Of a stretch of 64,000 nucleotides of DNA, positions 52,401 to 64,000 are shown piece after piece. Made by a program: the position numbers and the translations under genes. The stretch is from positions 29,797,626-29,861,625 of the forward strand of contig CM074516.1 of NCBI GenBank assembly GCA_037379345.1, read 5' to 3'. The notes under the pieces were generated by a model. It was not told the DNA's origin. It ran no database searches and worked only from the letters and a program-made list of their open reading frames with translations. Source of the DNA: Perna viridis (Eukaryota). Numbering within the stretch: position 1 is the first letter of the stretch; every line of letters starts with the position of its first letter.

Positions 52401-55400
52401 CAATTTAGAGATTTTGACAATACAGATAATGTTGAAAACACAGAACCTGAACGTCAAGATTACACACAGACAAGGTCAAAACTTGACCACAGAGAGGTGA
52501 TGCCTATGTTACTGCTTAAATAAATTACTGGAATATTTTATGTTTCATATTTTCATTACCCTGTCATTAATTGTCGATGGAGTAAAGTTTTACTGCACAC
52601 ATCGCTCGTGTTCTTTCTCTTAAACCTTCACTTTTCCCACAAAAGACTATCAACACTAGGAAAAAGATATAAAATTTAGCATGCAACTTAAGTTTGTTGG
52701 AAATATTCTGGTCAGTCGCTCATCAACTTACTGTTTGCCTTTGATTTTTGTATTGCATGTATTGCGCTTTAAGTCATCGCCCCATCTATCTCCTTTACAT
52801 TTTTAGAGGTGATCGTCTCATACAATTAAGGTTGAAAACCACACGTAGATGTATATTGAGAAAAAAAACTTTTGTCTACTGACTGCATGGGGATGAAAAC
52901 GTACTAATATTCATAAGCACAATTCCTCTCAAACTGCTGAACAGATTTTGGGGTCTATCTATAGTAAGAATTAGAAACTGTTTAGATCCGCATAAAGGGC
53001 GATAATCAAAGGGGAAAGCAATTCAAACTAAATGCTTTCGGTTGAAACATAGTAAGGTTGGTGCTATTCACCAAAACCACCGAATAGATTTATATGATGG
53101 TTAGGCATACTATAAACATATACCTAAAGGAAAATAGCTTAATTCAGATCAATGTAGTTTGAACTTATTGAACACAATAAAAGAAGCTGACAACTAATTT
53201 TGTAGGTGGATCGACCACAAGAATCTGTAGAGAAAAGCCAGATCTATGAGGATAACCAGCTTTCATCCCAATCAACTTTACAAGAAACAATCAAGTAACA
53301 TGATACAGACATTTGAGTAAAAAATCTTTAAACTTTTAAACTTTAAATGATAATAGAAACAACAATGCTTTTTTATACTTTAAATTAAAGTTTTCAATTT
53401 GCAAAACAAAATGCGGAAATATTTGCAATATTTCTACTGGTGACAATGCAACACTTTTCATTTTGTAGTGTAAAAACATGTTTAATTACTGCAATGATGT
53501 TTGTTAAGACAGTTTACATGTATGTATTTACACTCAATATAGAAATGATGATGTTAAAAACGCAGTAGATGGCTGTCAAGAGGACACGCGGACACGGTCA
53601 ACACTTGAATACAGTGAGGTGAGGCTTATATATTTTTGGCAACAATAAATTGAAGATAATACTTAGATTACAGCACTTAACTGAATGTCAAAACAACAAT
53701 GCTAAAAGGGTCGTATATGTTGTAAAAATCATTATGTCACAAAAGACCAAAACAAATTAAAAAAAACGAACAAACAAATATACACGAGATGTTTAAAGAC
53801 TTTTTTACTGAAGTCATTTTGTCACAGCTCCGATTCAACAGAAGCACTTAAGCATAAACTAAATATTTGTAAGTATTTAAATCCCCCCAATGAAATAACA
53901 GACAGGAATAATGATAATTTTCTATATTGCAGTTGGTGCAGTTTGACCAAAACTTACAAGACTCAAAAGATGTTAATGCAACAGGTCAGTATGCAAATAT
54001 TCCATATACTGCATCACACCATGAATATATCAGGTGTATCCCAATAAGTCTAATACGGTATTCCTGTGTATTTTCTTTATAGTTGTTTTACTTGCGGGTA
54101 TGTACCCGGTATCCAACCATATATGATAATACCATATTTATATTATATTTCTTACTTATGGCAAGCCAAAGTGGAAAAATATCAATATTTTGTAATATAA
54201 GAAAATGAATTTTTAATATTACAAAATCATTTTTTTAATATTAGAAAATATTTTTTAATATAAGAAATTCATTTTGTAATATTAAAAATTCATTTTCTAA
54301 TATTATACATTCCTGATTTAGTAATGCTATAAAGTATCACACATTTTGTAATAAATGAATTTTTAATATTAGAAATCTAATTTGTAATATTAGAAAATGA
54401 ATTTGTAATATTACACAGTCACTTTTTTAATATTACAAATTCATTTTTTTAATATTACAAATTCATTTTCTAATATTACACATTCATTTTCTAATATTAT
54501 TTAATTCATTTTCTAATATTACAAATTCCTGATTTAGTAATATTATAAAATATCGCACATTTTGTAATATTACAAAATGATTTTCTAGTATTAAAAAATC
54601 GTCATTGAATTCGACAAATCCATTTTCTAATATTAGAAAATCAATATCTAATATTCAATAATAGTTTTTTAAGATTAGAAATTCAATTGAATTCTTAATA
54701 ATTAAAAAAGAATGATTTTTTCATATTAAAAAAGTGTTTTGTGATATAAGAAATCTTATTTGTAATATTAGAAAATAATTTTGTAATATTCGAAAATAAT
54801 TTTGTAATATTCGAAAATATTTTTTTAATATTAGAAAATGCTCATTTTTGTCCACTTTGGCTTGCCATACTGACTTGTAACATGACAATGCCAAACTGTG
54901 AAAAAGTAAATTTATACCAAAATATATTGACGCTGGAAGCACAACAGCATTTCATCTTTAAGCAAACAACTTTAACTTTGTTGATACGAATAACAAAATG
55001 CATTACTGTTTTAGATGTTGAAACATTTAATATCCCCCCGAACACAAGACTACCGATATATAAAGATGAAATTGAGCAATATGAGATCAAATTCAGCAGT
55101 CCTGTACAAGACATTTCTCGAGGGGCACGACATAAAGTCAGAAAAAAGAAAAAGAAGCAAAAACCCATACCCATAGACGAGTGGTTGCATGAGACCGGTT
55201 ACCTAGGTTATGATAGCATCGATGAAATTTGCGAAAAAGTAAATAAGTTCTACGATGCTTCATCTGAATCAATTGATGAAGAAGAAAACTATTTCAAGCA
55301 AAGCTGCAAAACGACTGCCAGAGGTATAGCTGAAGATAGTATGTTTATGAAGAATGGTCTTGATTTAGATCACGAATTCGTATCAGACATTGTTTCAACG

Positions 55401-58400
55401 TTTAGACGAAAAGAGACTAAATGCAGTTTTTATGATAGTTTTATTGAAAATATCGATGAATTAGAAAAACTGCTTAAAAGCGATACTAAAAAGTATAAAC
55501 GTGGATTCATTGAAATTGAAGCTTCACATTCAGCGAAATGCAAAATAACCAACGAATGTACTGTCATAGATATTTCAGGGAGGTCAAAGTGTGGTAAAGC
55601 ATTTTCTGACGATGAAGTTGTCGTGGAAATATTAGGCACAGAGGAAACTTCAAAATGTAGAATTCAGATGTTAAAAAGGGAGCACACAGGACGTTCGTTT
55701 GGGAAAGTTATTGGTGTTGTAAAAAAGAATAGATGTGCCGAAATACTTTACCCAGTATTTATTTGTGAAATTGATGAATATGAATTTGATAAGGCAAAAC
55801 CACTATGTAAGACAGTTCCCAAATTTCATCTATTGAAAAAACCCGGAGAAAAGGACCAATTTAGTGTCACAATCTACAAATACAGTAGAGGTAAACGGAT
55901 ACTAGAAGATGCAAAAACAATGAAAATTAACATTCATTCTATAAGGTCTTACCTTTTTTATGTGGTATGTTTAGCCTGGGACGATCAATATCCTCTTGGT
56001 GCAATTGTCAAGGTGCATCAATCAACTTTAAATTTTGTAAATTGCATGGATATTTTAAAGCTTCAATTCAAAGTACCGTTTTTGTATTCACCTCAGACTA
56101 CATGTGAAGTTGATACCATCGTCAAGAAGTTTGATGTACACATGTTTAAAGGCCGCAGGGATTTGAGAGCTGAAAACGTGTTTTCAATTGATCCAGAAGG
56201 ATCAAAGGTGTTTGATGACGCCATAAGCATAAACGAAATGCCAGATGGAATAACTGTCGTGGGAATACACATTGCAGATGTGGCATCTATCATTCCAATG
56301 GGAAGTGATCTTGATAACGAAGCCTTCCTTCGAGTGACAACCTTTTTCCCCGGACAATTTCTCAACCCTCATCATCTTCTTCCAGAGCCTTTAAGTCAAA
56401 ACATTTGTAGTTTAAATAAAGGAGAGGAAAAGCTCGCAATTTCCACTTTTCTTAGTTTCGATAAAGAAAACAACTTTTTGTTTAAACGAACAGAGTTTTG
56501 TAAAAGTGTTATAAGGAGCAAGCATATACTGAGTTACAAAGAAGCGCAGGAAATAATAAACGATTCTGTAACAGATCATCCGTTAAAAAAAGAAATTGGA
56601 AAATTAAATGATATTTCAAAGGCATTAAGAAGGAAAATGCTCGGGGCGGCGCGTTTTTCGGTACCGGTCGAAGTAAATTTACCGGGAGAACGCGATGAAA
56701 ACTGTTCAGAGGCATATGCTTTGGTTGAACAATTTATGGTCCTTACGAATCATGTAGTTGCTATATTTCTTCTGAAAACATTTCCCGACTGTGTGCCTTT
56801 AAGATGTCATGACGCAACTTCCGATATTTTAATAAACGAGTGGATTGAAAATTATCCACAGATGTCACATCTTATCTTGCATTTACAAGGTAGTCGGTCC
56901 TTACAAGGTGGGTATATCGACCTAAGAAATATCGAATCTCAGCTAAGACCCAACGACGTTGTTTCCTTACAACGATGGGTATGGCAGGAACTGATCAATG
57001 AAATAGGAAAGGGAAACATAAAAGCAGCTACTGAACTAGTATGCTCTGACGAATTGCATCCTTTTCAAGCTTTGGCATTGGCTGATTGGGAAGGCATCCA
57101 ATTAAACGCAGAATATCGCTGTTCTGGTAAGGAAGGCCAAGGGTTAAAAGGACAACATACCTCTTTGCGATTGATACCGTATGTTCATTTTACTGCTCCT
57201 ATTAGGAGATACATTGATATAGTGGTTCAACGACTTCTTCATCAAGCACTCAACAAAGAAAAAGACAAACAATCGCCATACCAAAAACATGAAATTAGCG
57301 CAATATGTTCACATGTGACATCAATTTCCAAAACCGCAGGGAAATATAGAAGTAAATGCAAAGAAATTATTCTTGGCGATATTATTTCTAAGACACCATT
57401 GTTAGTGAACAGCATTGTTCAAGATTTTACAGAATCGGAAATTATATTTATAATACCCGGTATAAAGTTTTTACACCAAAAGAATAAAACACTTCCGCTT
57501 CGTTATTTGTTGATGTGTTTACCTCCAACAACAAGCAATGATATGGATCAATTACGATCAAGAAAAGAAAAGAGTAAGTTAATACTCTATTGGAAAAAAC
57601 GCATATACTCAGCTAGAACGAAATTACCTCATCCTCAAAACAAGCAAAATGGTTACCAAAAACCATCACTTGGCGAATATCAACAAATAAATCCGAAGCA
57701 GAAAGCAGTGTATCTTAGAACGTCAGTATGGATCAATACCATTAAAGTACTTACTTCTGGTGCGACAAATAGTCAGATAAAGGCAGAACTGATGCATGGT
57801 AATGTCCGCCGTTACCTTCATAGTACTTTCAACACCGAGTTTGATATAAATTCTGAAATATATAAACCTGACACTGATGATAGTGAGGAAAAACACTACA
57901 TGTTTCCAGAACAGTTTTGCATGTTTAGTCACACTTTTAACCATGGTCAAGTTCTAAGAATTCAAATTTCCGCGGAAATGAAAAATGGGTTGTTAACAAC
58001 AAATGTTGATTTTCTTGACTTAACACAAAACATCAAGTTCTGTATGAAACACATGCGAGATACAATATCCTCTTTTGGAATTGTCACCGACAGATGTGTC
58101 CAAGATCAATATCAAGACTCACAGGAATATAAGGACACATGGATCCCTATTATGCAAATGGAAACAATATTTGCAGTCATAAGAGAATCGGGAATAGTGA
58201 TTAACGACGTCTTTGTCAAATTTGACAGTGACGGTGGCAATTTTACTTTCAAAACCAGTTTTCTTTTTGAAAGAAACATTAGCTTTTCAGTACTAACGCC
58301 AAGATTTCTAGCATTAGACAAAAATCCATTACCTGAAAGCGAATTGCTTAGTGGAACCGCAGACTACCTGTGCATTCGAACTTGTATTAATTTCGACAAG

Positions 58401-61400
58401 AGTAAGTCGATTCTTGCTAAAAGCATAGACGAAGGGAAATATTTTTGGATCGGTCATGCCAAAATATGCAGAACAGCATTAACCAATAAAGGTACATCAG
58501 ATGAAAAATTAAGGGTTTGGTACAAATTGTCAGACGGTTCAATTGTACCTGAGTGTCTTCGCCAATGCAATGGATGCTACTGTACTATCGAAATTCTTCA
58601 AAGAGCAGAAGCTGAAAAGTAAGAAATCAACTGCACAAAGGAATTTTGAAAACATGAAGCAATTTAATTCCATTAGTTCATTATCACTTAATTGTGTAAA
58701 GTATTGGTACATTAAAGGGGTGGCTTGCCCACTGTGTGAAAGTCTAAAATATCCCACAATTAATTAATTTAAAGATCTTTTATAGAAAGTATATTATTTA
58801 AATTATGAATAACACTCTTTTTAAAAAGATATATTTATACAAAGACAAAAAGTCAACAACTAATTTTTTTCTAAACCTCAATTCTTAATATATATGTTTT
58901 TGTAATCTATTGATTCTGTGCAAAGACATGTGTTTGTGAATTATAGGAGAACAGAAGTTTGTATAGAAAACTTGAATAAGGCTGATCGTCTTGCAAAAGC
59001 TATTGCGCTTAACAAGGACTTACCAGAAGATTGTAAGTTTTATTATAAATGCAGTATTCTAGAACAAGGAGAAGAGCAAATGTACATATCTTCATGACCG
59101 AACATTGCATATGTTTGGACTAAATATTGCTATTTTGCTATATATTTGTCCCTACCAATTATAATTTATAACCTCTGAAATATATCCCAAGCTTAAATAA
59201 ATAAAGAAAAAAAAATAGAACTTGCTCCGAATAGAATGATATGTACTTGAGACAATAAGTTAACATTATGCTTACTTATGACCATGAACATTGATGGATA
59301 GGTAGTTGAATTTCTGATGTCCTTGCTAATTTTCCTTTTTCAGTGGTAAAACCTTAATTGTGTCAAATAATTAAACATATCATGATTATTTAAAGGTATC
59401 AATAAGGCAACAACTATAAAGTGTGACATAGATATTGGGTTGCCAGCTAACAATTCTAGACAAAGCGAAGCAATACGGAAAGCTCTCAAAAATAGACTTA
59501 GTCTTATACATGGGCCACCAGGTAAAATATACTTCGAACAAGTAGTCATCTGATGCAATGTTAGTATAATTGTCTAAATATGTTTTTAACATCACCAGAA
59601 GATGGTAAAATTTACATTGAATATTTCGGATAACTGATATTCTTCTTCAGCATAAAACTCGCAAAACTTTATGTGCATAAATCTCGTACAACTTTATGAG
59701 CATGAAACTCAAAAAGTGCAAGATCAAAACAGATTCAGAAGCTGAATCACGTACGTTGTGGGTGGATGATTTTCCCTTTATCAAAGGCACACATAAGCAG
59801 ATGATATGGAGCCTAAATTGAAATAACAAAGGGGGTCTTTTATCAAAATCAAAAATAAAAAATAACTGGAAGTCAAAATATAGTTCTACGGAGTATTGAT
59901 GTATAGCATGTGGTGCTGCACCAGCCTTAGACCAAGACCTAAAAATGGATTATTTTTTTCTCGTTTATTGCATCTGGAGAAGTTGTTTGTAAATTCGTCA
60001 TCCAAAAGCTTTCCCGAGACACTCTTTTACATATTAACCAGTTTTTATTATGTTCTATGATCGTTACAAAAATGTTGTGGAGATCCTCCTGGGTGTGTGC
60101 ATAGATTTCACAGCGGTACGAGTTCGAGTCCACGGAGGGAACGACCAAAAATTTGCTTCGTAAATTTGAGAGTTTTAACATCGTTGGGAATTTTTCAGAC
60201 CCTTCTATAAGATTACGTTATCTTCCCTGTATCAATTTGATCCGATGGAGCAGTGTAGCGAATAGAGTCGTCACAATCTGAGACGTTGTATGATGTTGAT
60301 TTGTTGTGACATGCATCATTAATTTGATCCTTTATCCTACATAATAACACCTACATGAACTACCCCGTACTACCATACATCATGTACTACGTTACAGCCC
60401 TAGATTAATCCTACGAGGAGGAATGACTCGACCAACGAAAGCTATATTTTATATAGCCTAGCTGGCCGAGTGGTCTAAGGCGCTGGACTTAGTGCAAGCT
60501 GTAGATGTCACAGCGGTACGAGTTCGAGTCCCGCGGATGGAACGACCAAAACTTTGCTTCGCAAATTTGACAGTTCTAACATCGTTGGGAATTTTTCAGA
60601 CCCATCTATATATATATATATATATTTATTCCGATATGTATATAATAGTTCTTTGCAACAACGGTGAAACAACGGTGAAGCAATGTTATTCAATTTCGCA
60701 AGGCTTTTTTAAATATACATTGACAAATTTGACATTTTGGTTTGTTTTTCAATATTATTGATGAATTCGTGTCGTAGATATTTTTATTTACAATTGGTTT
60801 GAACTATACAAAATAATATTCTAGCGACTCAGGTTGCTTCTTTAGCAATAGGTAAAGATATGACTATAATGTAATATCTGTGGCTTTTACAGGAACAGGA
60901 AAAACATACACATGCATTAAACTGATACACTTATTTCATCAAATGAATAAACATAGGTTAATGGAAACTGAAGATGAGAAAGACAAAATACTTGTTTGTG
61001 GACCTTCAAATAAATCCGTCGACTTAATAGCACGTACGTATATATTTGCTCAAAGTGTAAAACGTTTTCTAATGACAACAAAGAAAAAAATCATCATATG
61101 GTCGATGATTTTTTTTTGGCCGTGTATACCACTCTGTTTACTTATTGTAAAAAACTAGTGCATTGAAGCAAAATCTTAATAGTCTGTAATTAAAAGTATT
61201 GAGACATTTCATTTGCAATATAATTAAACCTGTTTTAACCAATTGTTTTAATTTTAAATGTACGTTTCAAGTCAGTGACATAGTGTTTTTTTTTTTTTCT
61301 CTCATTTTTTCGGTTTATTCTTAACATTTCCAGTTCATGTATTATCAATTATTATTTTTATTTTGTAGGGCGTCTGCGCCGATATAGGAAAGATGGTGGT

Positions 61401-62646
61401 CCTAGTATTATTCGTTTCTATGGGACATCAATAGAACAGTCTACTTTTGGTATACCTGGAAAAAATGTCATGGAGCAGCGTGGATCAGATTACAAACCGG
61501 ACCCTGACATGAATGATATTTCTGTGCATCATCTGGTACGAAAACGTGGGGACTATTTAGAAGAGATTCGTAAGTTTGAAGAAAAGTTTAGACGGGACCC
61601 ATATCGAATTGACTCAAAAACTATGTCAGATTATCGGGATCTTTTAAAAAGTGCAACAATTGCCGAAATAAGACGACATGATGTGATTCTATGTACAACA
61701 TCAATGGCAACGAGTCCAAGATTACTGGAAGCAGTAGGGAAAAAGATTTCACAGCTTGTAATTGATGAAAGCGGAATGTGCACGGAACCAGAAAGCATTG
61801 CCACTATAATTGCAGCAAGACCTAACCAAGTAACACTAATAGGTGACCATATGCAACTTCGCCCTATAGTGATGTCAAAACATGCTGCAGATCTGGGGCT
61901 CCAAAGATCTCTTTTTGAAAGATACAGTCGACATCTTGGAAAATCAAAATTTATTCAGCTATATCGGCAGTATAGAATGGTATGTTTGATAAAAATGGTT
62001 CGGTATCTATGTAACAATCGAGTTTTAAAAATTATAATTATAAAAAAGCTGTTACCCACAATTATAATTTTACAATGAGGAAATAAACACAATCAAAAGG
62101 AGAATTTTAACCCGATTTCATCATTATTGACCAAAACTACAGGATACTGACTGCAAAACCTGGATACTATCAACCCTTTTTTTACAAGACCGATGTATTC
62201 TCACATATTTTGAAAAGCAAACAAAATCCAAAATATAATTAGTTTAACATCCTTAATGTGTCAATAAAACACTTCAATTTGATTACTATGCAAACGTAAT
62301 ATAAAATATTTTATTAATTATGTTTGTAACAGTAGATAACAAACCCGTCTGTACGTAAATTTATCACCAGTTTACAAAGGCAGTAATGATATTTAATTAA
62401 TTGCTTCAGCACAAAAGCATCTGTCACTTCCCATCTACGGAATTCTACAACGGAAGTCTTAAAACTGAACCATCTGCATCTTATGAAGAGAACCCAAGGT
62501 TATCCATCTGGCTAAATGACCGCGGATTACATCGGGAAGAGCGTCATGTATTTTGTCATATAGAGGGCGTGGAAGAGGTTTCAGAAGTGAGCACCGAGGA
62601 CCAAAATGAACATTCATTCAAAAATGACAAAGAGGTAGAGCAAGTA
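39506..62646 (+). CDS. HELZ2: HELZ2-like multi-exon gene: HEPN - C2HC ZnF x2 - RNB exoribonuclease - SF1 (UPF1-like) helicase; 3' end outside window
   Basis: Proposed exons: 39506-40432, 42608-42689, 43054-43200, 45822-45911, 47615-47683, 48232-48368, 48644-48817, 49800-49830, 50183-50515, 50953-51092, 51461-51549, 52409-52496, 53206-53294, 53543-53618, 53933-53984, 55015-58618, 58947-59032, 59396-59521, 60893-61033, 61369-61979, 62410-62646. All GT-AG, phases compatible, 7329 nt without a stop. RNB followed by SF1 helicase is the HELZ2 signature. Confidence 0.7.
40866..42219. mobile_element. MITE (outer) with ~80-bp imperfect TIRs, intronic
   Basis: CGTGCACACCCCCACTCATCAAC...TACCTCCCATTACCGAATC vs GATTCGTAAATGGGAGGTA...GTTGATAAGTAGGGGGTGCACG. 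Confidence 0.65.
41131..41988. mobile_element. palindromic MITE (inner) with ~340-bp TIRs
   Basis: 41131-41470 is the reverse complement of 41654-41988 (TAGGGTTT...AAACCCTA). Confidence 0.85.
48232..48368 (+). CDS. exon encoding C2HC zinc finger plus basic NLS-like stretch
   Basis: DIHKCGKCGMEFTVLDEYLKH......CKKRLKRK; AG/GTAAGT boundaries. Confidence 0.75.
50183..50515 (+). CDS. exon encoding alpha/beta domain with GSLVV motif
   Basis: ORF 50197-50568; phase-1 acceptor (50183 or 50195) and donor at 50516. Confidence 0.7.
50953..51092 (+). CDS. exon encoding second C2HC zinc finger plus basic stretch
   Basis: DTFKCGRCDQVFYQVEFFCSHKLECKRKRKKRR; TTGCAG acceptor, GTAATT donor. Confidence 0.78.
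51891..52135 (-). mobile_element. SINE (5'-truncated) with 14-bp TSD, intronic
   Basis: AGCAGGACAGTAGA at 51877-51890 and 52136-52149; (TTGA)n tail; homologous to 27715-27959. Confidence 0.85.
54157..54869. mobile_element. MITE with 19-bp TIR and internal ~21-bp AT-rich minisatellite
   Basis: TATGGCAAGCCAAAGTGGA ... TCCACTTTGGCTTGCCATA; internal TTTT(G/C)TAATATTA(G/C)AAAAT repeats in both orientations. Confidence 0.85.
55015..58618 (+). CDS. HELZ2: 3.6-kb exon with cold-shock/OB-like region and RNB (RNase II/R) domain of HELZ2-like protein
   Basis: ISGRSKCGKAFSDDEVVVEIL, RRDLR..VFSIDPEGSKVFDDAIS, VGIHIADV, LVEQFMVLTN, YVHFTAPIRRYIDIVVQRLL. Acceptor TTTTAG at 55014, donor GTAAG at 58619. Confidence 0.92.
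58947..59032 (+). CDS. HELZ2-like exon (linker before helicase)
   Basis: RTEVCIENLNKADRLAKAIALNKDLPED; phase 2 in, phase 1 out; GTAAGT donor. Confidence 0.75.
59396..59521 (+). CDS. helicase exon, Q-motif and first half of Walker A
   Basis: NSRQSEAIRKALKNRLSLIHGPPG, spliced to TGKT in the next exon. Confidence 0.85.
60102..60275 (+). mobile_element. tRNA-derived SINE fragment with extra 3' segment
   Basis: B box GTTCGAGTC; homologous to 8857-9020 and 60500-60608. Confidence 0.65.
60456..60624 (+). mobile_element. tRNA-derived SINE with (TA)n tail
   Basis: A box TGGCCGAGTGG, B box GTTCGAGTC, Leu/Ser-tRNA-like head, non-tRNA body, related copies in window. Confidence 0.8.
60893..61033 (+). 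CDS. helicase exon, Walker A second half and motif Ia
   Basis: GTGKTYT...ILVCGPSNKSVDLIA. Confidence 0.9.
61369..61979 (+). CDS. helicase exon, motifs Ib, II, III, IV
   Basis: VILCTT, LVIDESGM, LIGDHMQLRP, SLFERY, QYRM; GTATGT donor. Confidence 0.92.
62410..62646 (+). CDS. helicase exon, start of RecA2 (AAA_12-type) domain
   Basis: HKSICHFPSTEFYNGSL...SFKNDKEVEQV; GTAAGT donor. Confidence 0.88.
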
Positions 62647-64000
62647 GTAAGTGATGAAACTATCTACTGTTTAAGTTAAATTAAATGCGTACTGGCAATG
62701 TTTACATGTATCAACGAAAATACTGGGGAAGTACGTTTCCGAGATAAGGGGTACATGTATGTTCATCCTTTGTTGCTTACCTCATTGAAAGAATCATTTG
62801 CAATATGGCAGACAGGTGTAGCTGGCAGAGGAGGATTTCTAAATGTCACTCAAGGGTTTTAAGCTGATATTTATTTTGCAAGTTCTTCCGTTTGTTGTCT
62901 GGTTTGTCTTTCCTATTTTCAGTTTTTGTATGCACTTGTATTTTCTGTTTAGATTCGTCATGTGGACTTTCTTTGCTTACGTTTTGACCATTTCTTGGAC
63001 TTAGATTGATCTGAATTGTTCTTCTGTTTCGCGGCTTTGGTATTAAAACCTATTTAAGAATAGATCAACGTCTGTATTCTTCTTATGTGAAAATCTTTAA
63101 AAACGTATGGGTCGAAGAAGGTAATATTTTTACTTGATCCATATAAATTTTTGAAAACGAAATCAGAGACTATGGAAAACGGGGACAGGTTGGCCGAGGT
63201 GTCAAATGTAATGCGCTTGACTGGTATTTGCGTATTCGACACGGCTGTGGTTTCGAGTCCCAAATGTATCCAGGTTTTCAGGCACTTGCCATAGTCAGAG
63301 GTATCACTATTTGCCGGCTTGGAATATCATGCTTTACTTTCCCACAAGCCTAGCTATCATGCAAGACGCCTACACTAGTCAAACAGTAGTAAATTTCACT
63401 GTCGATTAAAAAGTTCCAGAGCTCATAACTTTATTCACACGTGTATTCACCGAAATAAAATTTACCGAATCCCTACTACCATGTTTAAAAACAAGTACAA
63501 AAAGGAAGCATGACATGACTGTTTAGCGCTTTGAGCGGAATAAGATATTATTTTATACTGATTTAAAGAATGTATTTGGCGTAATAAATTTCTATAAATC
63601 ACATGCTAACTAAATTCTGTGCTTTCACCTCCCCCTTTCCCCGAAAACATCATTATTGTTGGTTTTGTACATTAACTAATATCACTGATGATTTAATTAA
63701 TCAATCTACCGATAACAGAATGAATTTTTTATTAATTAAAAAAGGATTATAGTTTTTATATAGAAAATTTATATGATATTAAGGATAAACAACTTGCCAT
63801 CTTGACAATTAAAATTAAATCACTTAAAAGAAGTGCTCTCTTCGGCACTCAAGATTGTAGTTTTCATAACAAAAAAATATAGAAATGAATTACATTAACA
63901 TAACATGACAGACAAATGAAGTGATTAACAATAAGAATTTTATGTATATTGAATCTATTGCATTATAACAATTTAAATATATATCATCGTAACTTTCTTT

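Noticed and set aside
54180-54840. CRISPR-like array
   Set aside because: Eukaryotic context; ~21-bp AT-rich tandem units without unique spacers, inside a TIR-bounded MITE.
54882-55014. ATG 54882 as start of a stand-alone 1246-aa gene
   Set aside because: The first 44 codons abut a MITE and precede a good phase-1 acceptor at 55014 that fits the upstream exon; the ORF ends at a splice donor.
60456-60540. tRNA gene (Leu/Ser-like)
   Set aside because: A and B boxes are present but the acceptor stem does not close, and the body and tail are shared with other dispersed copies, so it is a SINE.
63054-63263. Final helicase exons (motifs V/VI)
   Set aside because: No recognisable SF1 motifs in any frame; the remaining exons are presumably downstream of the window.

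Overview
AT-rich eukaryotic genomic DNA with spliceosomal introns. The repeat repertoire suggests a bivalve mollusc (inference), and there is one assembly gap at 38728-38886. The left half (1-~38.2 kb) is decayed transposon sequence arranged as two large fold-back inverted duplications. (i) Arms 1-5336 and 10398-15800 carry the 3' part of a Ty3/Gypsy LTR element with RT, RNase H, a partly deleted integrase, a chromodomain, an env-like fusion protein, an extra SGNH-hydrolase ORF, a PPT and a ~1.7-kb LTR. Their spacer holds a Penelope-like RT relic. (ii) Arms 19231-23188 and 24825-29113 are made of two divergently joined BEL/Pao relics. Next comes a possible Polinton-like end with a Helentron-type insertion and an inverted-repeat/telomere-like block. 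The right half (39.5-62.6 kb, + strand) holds one long multi-exon gene. I can join 21 GT-AG exons with compatible phases into a ~2,440-aa open frame that continues beyond the window. Its order is DZIP3-like HEPN domain (intact RxxxxH), two C2HC zinc fingers around a GSLVV domain, duplicated acidic exons, RNB (RNase II) exonuclease, and UPF1-like SF1 helicase. This is a HELZ2-like protein in which a HEPN domain occupies the place of the first helicase module, and it is the best candidate for an undescribed RNA-defence system. All exon calls and family assignments were made by eye, without database searches.
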